From the human T2T-CHM13v2.0 reference genome, Homo sapiens: 64,000 bases of DNA. This document shows positions 56,923-64,000 of this stretch, in pieces. Numbering within the stretch: position 1 is the first letter of the stretch; every line of letters begins with the position of its first letter. The notes under the pieces were generated by a model. The model was given only the letters and a program-made list of their open reading frames with translations. It searched no databases and was not told the origin of the DNA. A program made the position numbers and the translations under genes. The stretch lies in assembly GCF_009914755.1 (NCBI RefSeq), contig NC_060933.1; one strand, 5' to 3'.

Positions 56923-57051
56923 GGATCTAAATCTTGGCAGTGTGTACCAGTATTGGGTCATAACTATTTCAGGAACTGAAGAGAGTGAGCCATCACCTGC
57001 TGTCACATACATCCATGGAAGTGGGTACTGTGGCGATGGCATTATACAAAA
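56923..57051 (+). CDS. PAPPA: PAPPA exon 8 (not in the ORF track because it is short)
   Basis: Acceptor tctttgtattttccag|G and donor CAAAA|gtaagt. Encodes (M)DLNLGSVYQYWVITISGTEESEPSPAVTYIHGSGYCGDGIIQ(K); phase matches exons 7 and 9. Confidence 0.96.
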
Positions 57052-57167
57052 GTAAGTAGATCTAATTAAAGAAAGAAGAGGAGGGATGCTGGTTAGGTCA
57101 AGAGATGGTTAGGGTGCTGAACAGAAGAGCTTATGACATATTCTTCAGTGCATGAGCTGTGAGCTAC

Positions 57168-59955
<2,788 letters not shown>

Positions 59956-60169
59956 GGATATCATCTTAGCTAATACGATTTTTCATGGAATGATGCAAGT
60001 TAATTTGCTCTGTCTGTAAAATAATTTATGAAGAAATATGGATAGACTCAGCACTCAGTGAGGCCCTTAATGGATGAGTGCTGTCTTAAATGATCCATAG
60101 CAACAGGTTCTACATTTGATAGATCGGGTAAAGGTGAAGGCAATGGATGAACGTTTTGATAATGACAAT

Positions 60170-60410
60170 AATATTTATACACACTTCTTGAGTCTCTACT
60201 GTGCATGAAGCACTGTGCTACATTATTGTCTCCTTGAGTTCTCCCACCCAACAGCCATGTGAGATAGGTCTTATTATAATACTTTACAGATAAACAATGA
60301 ATACACAAAGAGATTACAGAGGTTTTCTCAAGCTTCCACATCTGGTAAGATGTAGAACCAATACATGAACAGAGGGCCCAGATTCTCATCTGGATTCCCC
60401 ATTGCATTGT
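60170..60410 (-). mobile_element. MIR SINE
   Basis: ttgagtctctactgtgc...aacagccatgtgagataggt...actttacagataaacaatgaatacacaaagagatta. Confidence 0.65.
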
Positions 60411-61361
60411 TGTGTGATGTGACAACTCTGCAAAACTAACAAGTAAAGGAGTGGCTGCATGCTGTCTGTTATATCCTAGGCACTGTGCCAGAAACTGGGG
60501 TGCTAGGATGATGAAGACTCTGTCACTTCCTTTGGCAAATTACAGCCTCTTATAAGGGGCTCTCAAGTAACAGGCAAAGGCAGTCAGTTTGACAAGTGCT
60601 GTGATAGATGGAGCAAGATGTCTGTGGACACAGAGAAAGATGGCCACCCGCTCCAGCCCCAGAGGTCAAATAAGGTTTCGCAGAACTTCTTTATCTAATG
60701 ATAGATCTGTCATGCCTAGAAGATATTTGTAGTGACCCGAATATTTTGTTTAAACCAGTAGAACACTGTTTGGGTGGCGATGGAAGGGAGGTTGAAAGTA
60801 AGCTTTGTGGCTTAGGGAACCAGCCCAGGTATTTTTTTGTTTTTAAAGTCTTTTCCAAAACAACCTATGCATTAGCTTAGAAGCACAAGGTCATCGGCAA
60901 TTTCCAGCAAGCAAGACCCACTGCCAGACAATGCTGAGACCAGCTAAAAATACAAACTTCTTCTTTGCTCATAGGTGTGCAGACAGGAGAGGACTTGGGT
61001 GGCTCCTTGGAGATCAATTCAATGCCCTAGCCATCTTAAGGATTGATTGCAAGGCATTATCCTGCTACTCTGACACCTCTTAAAAGCAACAAACATTGCC
61101 CAGTGTTAATTGCCTGGGTGAAAGGAAAAGTCTAAGGCCTCTTCCATGCTGTGACAGGTCCCAGCTGGTCTCTGGGGAGGGAGGGACAGCTGTCACACAC
61201 TCTGCAGAGACCTCCCAACGCAAAGTGGGAATGGGGACTGTGATTCCTTGAGCATCTTCTATGTGTCACCCACTGTGCCAACCACTTTAAGCTACTCAGA
61301 GGCATAGGACTAATTATCTCCATTTTAGCACATGAGAAAACTGAAGTTCAGCATCCACAGG

Positions 61362-61532
61362 AGCACTGTTCAATGGATTTTTCTGCAATGATGGAAATGT
61401 GTTCTATGCTGTCCATTACAGTAGCCACTAGCTACATGTGGTTCCTGAATACTTGAAATGTGGCTACTATGACTGAGGATTGGAATTTTAATTATAATTC
61501 ATTTCAATTAATTTAAATGTAAATCATCACAG
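61362..61532. mobile_element. MER3-like hAT MITE nested in a MIR
   Basis: gcactgttcaatggatttttctgcaatgatggaaatg...gtagccactagctacatgtgg; the MIR core is split (catgagaaaactgaagttcag ... agaggtcaagtgactttgtcaagat). Confidence 0.8.
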
Positions 61533-62394
61533 AAATATCAGATCAAGAGGTCAAGTGACTTTGTCAAGATTATACAGTTAGTTTGAGACATGGGGTTCTA
61601 AACCCAAGTGTTTTGTTTTTTAAAGGATGACCGTTTTCCAGAAAGCAGTAACCCATCCAGACTTTCAGGTGTTGTTCCTCCTTCTCATCACCTAAGCCCA
61701 ATTCAAAGATCATTGCTCATTTTCTGCCCATCCCAACCCTTTGCAAAATCATCCTTAGGTGGTGGAAATAATTCCAACAAAAACAAAGGGGGCATTAGTA
61801 TTTCATAACAGTGTAGTCTCGCAGCCCTTGGAGTTCTTGACACCAACAAATGACACACCCGATGGAGAAAGCAAAACTTTCCAATGGAAGGATGACTAAA
61901 CTTGAATGCATGAATGAAAAAAAAAAAGTTACCTTTAAGTATATTGGGGGAATAAGAAGGATATCAAGGCAGGGAGTGGTGAAGGACCAGAATCTCTACA
62001 TTTTCCTTCAAATATGCTTTTTTTAAGATCAGAGACAAGGAAATGTCTGTGAGACTTCCTAGACACTGTGGGAGCAAGACCATTTATTTGTTCATTAGTT
62101 CTTCCATGTCTTACTCCCATCTGACTTAACTGACTTGAGATCTCAGAGAATGAGTTGGAATCAGGACTTCTACTTTGTCATCAGAAACACAAAGCAAGGC
62201 AAATGTGAAAGTATCTTATAAATCCATACCTTTTAGAAATCTCATTTTGAAGATGAAGAAGCAGAGACTCAGACAGAGAAAGGGATTTGTGCAAGGTCTC
62301 ACTGAAGGTTCATGGCCCAGGGAGGGACTTTTCCATGTCCAGCCATGGTTTTAAGACTAAATTGGCAAATTTCTCTTCCATATCTGCTCTGCAG

Positions 62395-62486
62395 AGACCA
62401 AGGTGAACAATGCGACGACATGAATAAGATCAATGGTGATGGCTGCTCCCTTTTCTGCCGACAAGAAGTCTCCTTCAATTGTATTG
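62395..62486 (+). CDS. PAPPA: PAPPA exon 9
   Basis: Acceptor catatctgctctgcag|A and donor ATTG|gtacgt. Encodes (K)DQGEQCDDMNKINGDGCSLFCRQEVSFNCI. Confidence 0.96.
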
Positions 62487-63839
62487 GTACGTCTTTTTCA
62501 TTTCTTGTGGCCTTCATGAAGAAATGAACGGTGCAGAATGGTTGGTCAATGATAATGCCAACAATAGTTATGACTAAATGATGATTCACTCCTTTGTATT
62601 ACACCTGTTTATTGAGTGCCTCCTACATGCCAGGCACTGTTTTCAATATCGGGAAATACAGCAGTGAAAAAACAAACAAACAAAGCAATCCCTCAAGAGC
62701 TTAAGCTCTCATAGATGATGCCAATGACGGGTAACTTCTTTTGATCAAGCTTTACCTTACAAACATCCCTGCTTTTCTTCACACTAACTGTCCAGGATGG
62801 GTATTACTGGAGATGTTTTAAGGCTTTTATTCCTACTTCAGAGATAAGAAAAAATCAAACGCCAGAAAAATTTCAAAAGTTGTCCAGAGTTATACAGGTC
62901 AAAAGTGATTAAAGACAGAATCAGGACTTGAACCTGATTTTGTCTGATTCTCAAGCACGTGCTCAACTCATTTTGCTTTGCAACCTCCAGCCGTGATGCA
63001 GGAACCACCAAGGTCCCCTCTGCAGACTCAGAACCTTGGGCAGTCTCTCTGATCTGAGGAAGGAGGAATAGCAGACCAGCCTGTGTTTAGAAAGCAAATG
63101 TCCTTTTCCCACCTTCACCGAGTCATTTGGGAAATTTGTTTTCCTCTGCCTTCTCTTGGAGTCTGGCTGATCTTGTTGTTTCAGCCCCACTTGGGAGGCC
63201 CTGGTCAGCCCCGGGCTGGTAAACAGACAGGGGTTGGGAGGGGCAGGGGTGGAATTTTGAGCTGGTCCAGATGAGATCATACTTCCTTTAAGATGCAAAT
63301 CGATACCTGAAGATCAAAGGTCCCCCAGCTAATCCCCTGGGCTGGAGGTGAAAACTAATCACAATTCATTTGCAAGTACAAAAGACAGAGGTGCTCTATC
63401 TGAAGAGAGAAGGGGCAGTTACAAGCGGATGAAAACCTTCGTGGGAAGATTTCTCACTGACAGGCAATTTTCTAGGACTAAAGAGGAAAAGATAGCATTG
63501 CATCCTCGCATCTGCAGTGCATTACAGGGGTGCATTTAGACATTCTTTCTCCCAGTAGATTGTGAGCTCCGTGATGGTGAAGACCATATACCATGTGTCT
63601 CTTATTCAATTCTCAACACGCATTTGTTGAGCACCTACTATCTTCTTGGCACCCAGTAGGGGTTGAGCAACACAATAGAAGTGCTCTGTAAATATTTATG
63701 GTTGGAAGATAGGTAGATGCCCCAGGAGAAAAGACATGGGAGTTTCTAGGCAGGGCCTTGGGTTTTAAATTGCCAAAAAATTTTCTCTCCTCTGTTGATT
63801 TGAATATGGTCCGGTCCCTAGTAAAAGCTTGATATTAGC

Positions 63840-64000
63840 CTAGTGATGTGGTGGAAAGAACTTTGGATTAAAATTAGGAAAACCAGGTTCTAGTACCAAC
63901 TGTGCTGAGAACTTACATAAAGCTGGCCAAGTGGCTTCCCTAGTCTTGGCCTCAGTTTACCTACTGTAAATTTTTAAATGATTGGGTTAAGTGGTCCTAA
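63840..64000 (+). mobile_element. MIR-family SINE
   Basis: gatgtggtggaaagaactttggat...ccaggttctagtacc...gccaagtggcttccc...ggcctcagtttacctactgtaaa. Confidence 0.65.

Overview
Primate, almost certainly human, genomic DNA (it carries a human-specific AluYb8). The window covers the middle of the PAPPA gene (pappalysin-1 / pregnancy-associated plasma protein-A) on the + strand. Six internal coding exons (conventional exons 4-9) lie at 2709-3002, 11007-11199, 18503-18624, 26212-26710, 56923-57051 and 62395-62486. All have GT-AG boundaries and splice into one open 1329-nt frame. That frame encodes the metzincin zinc site [11 protein letters not shown], the Met-turn, the proMBP/STC2-binding cysteine and a Cys-rich CGDG...CDD.N...GDGCS repeat. 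The rest is intron, rich in Alu, L1, L2, MIR and hAT/Tigger elements. I see no convincing new biological system. The best second-look items are: (1) a long fossil Charlie/Buster-type hAT transposase in intron 8, interrupted by a young AluYb8; (2) a candidate intronic polyadenylation site after exon 5 that would give a clean protease-only truncation; (3) inverted Alu and microsatellite pairs around frame-symmetric exon blocks, with circRNA or skipping potential; (4) a tail-less Alu with an intact target-site duplication. Repeat family names and protein numbering come from recalled consensus sequences, not from a database search.
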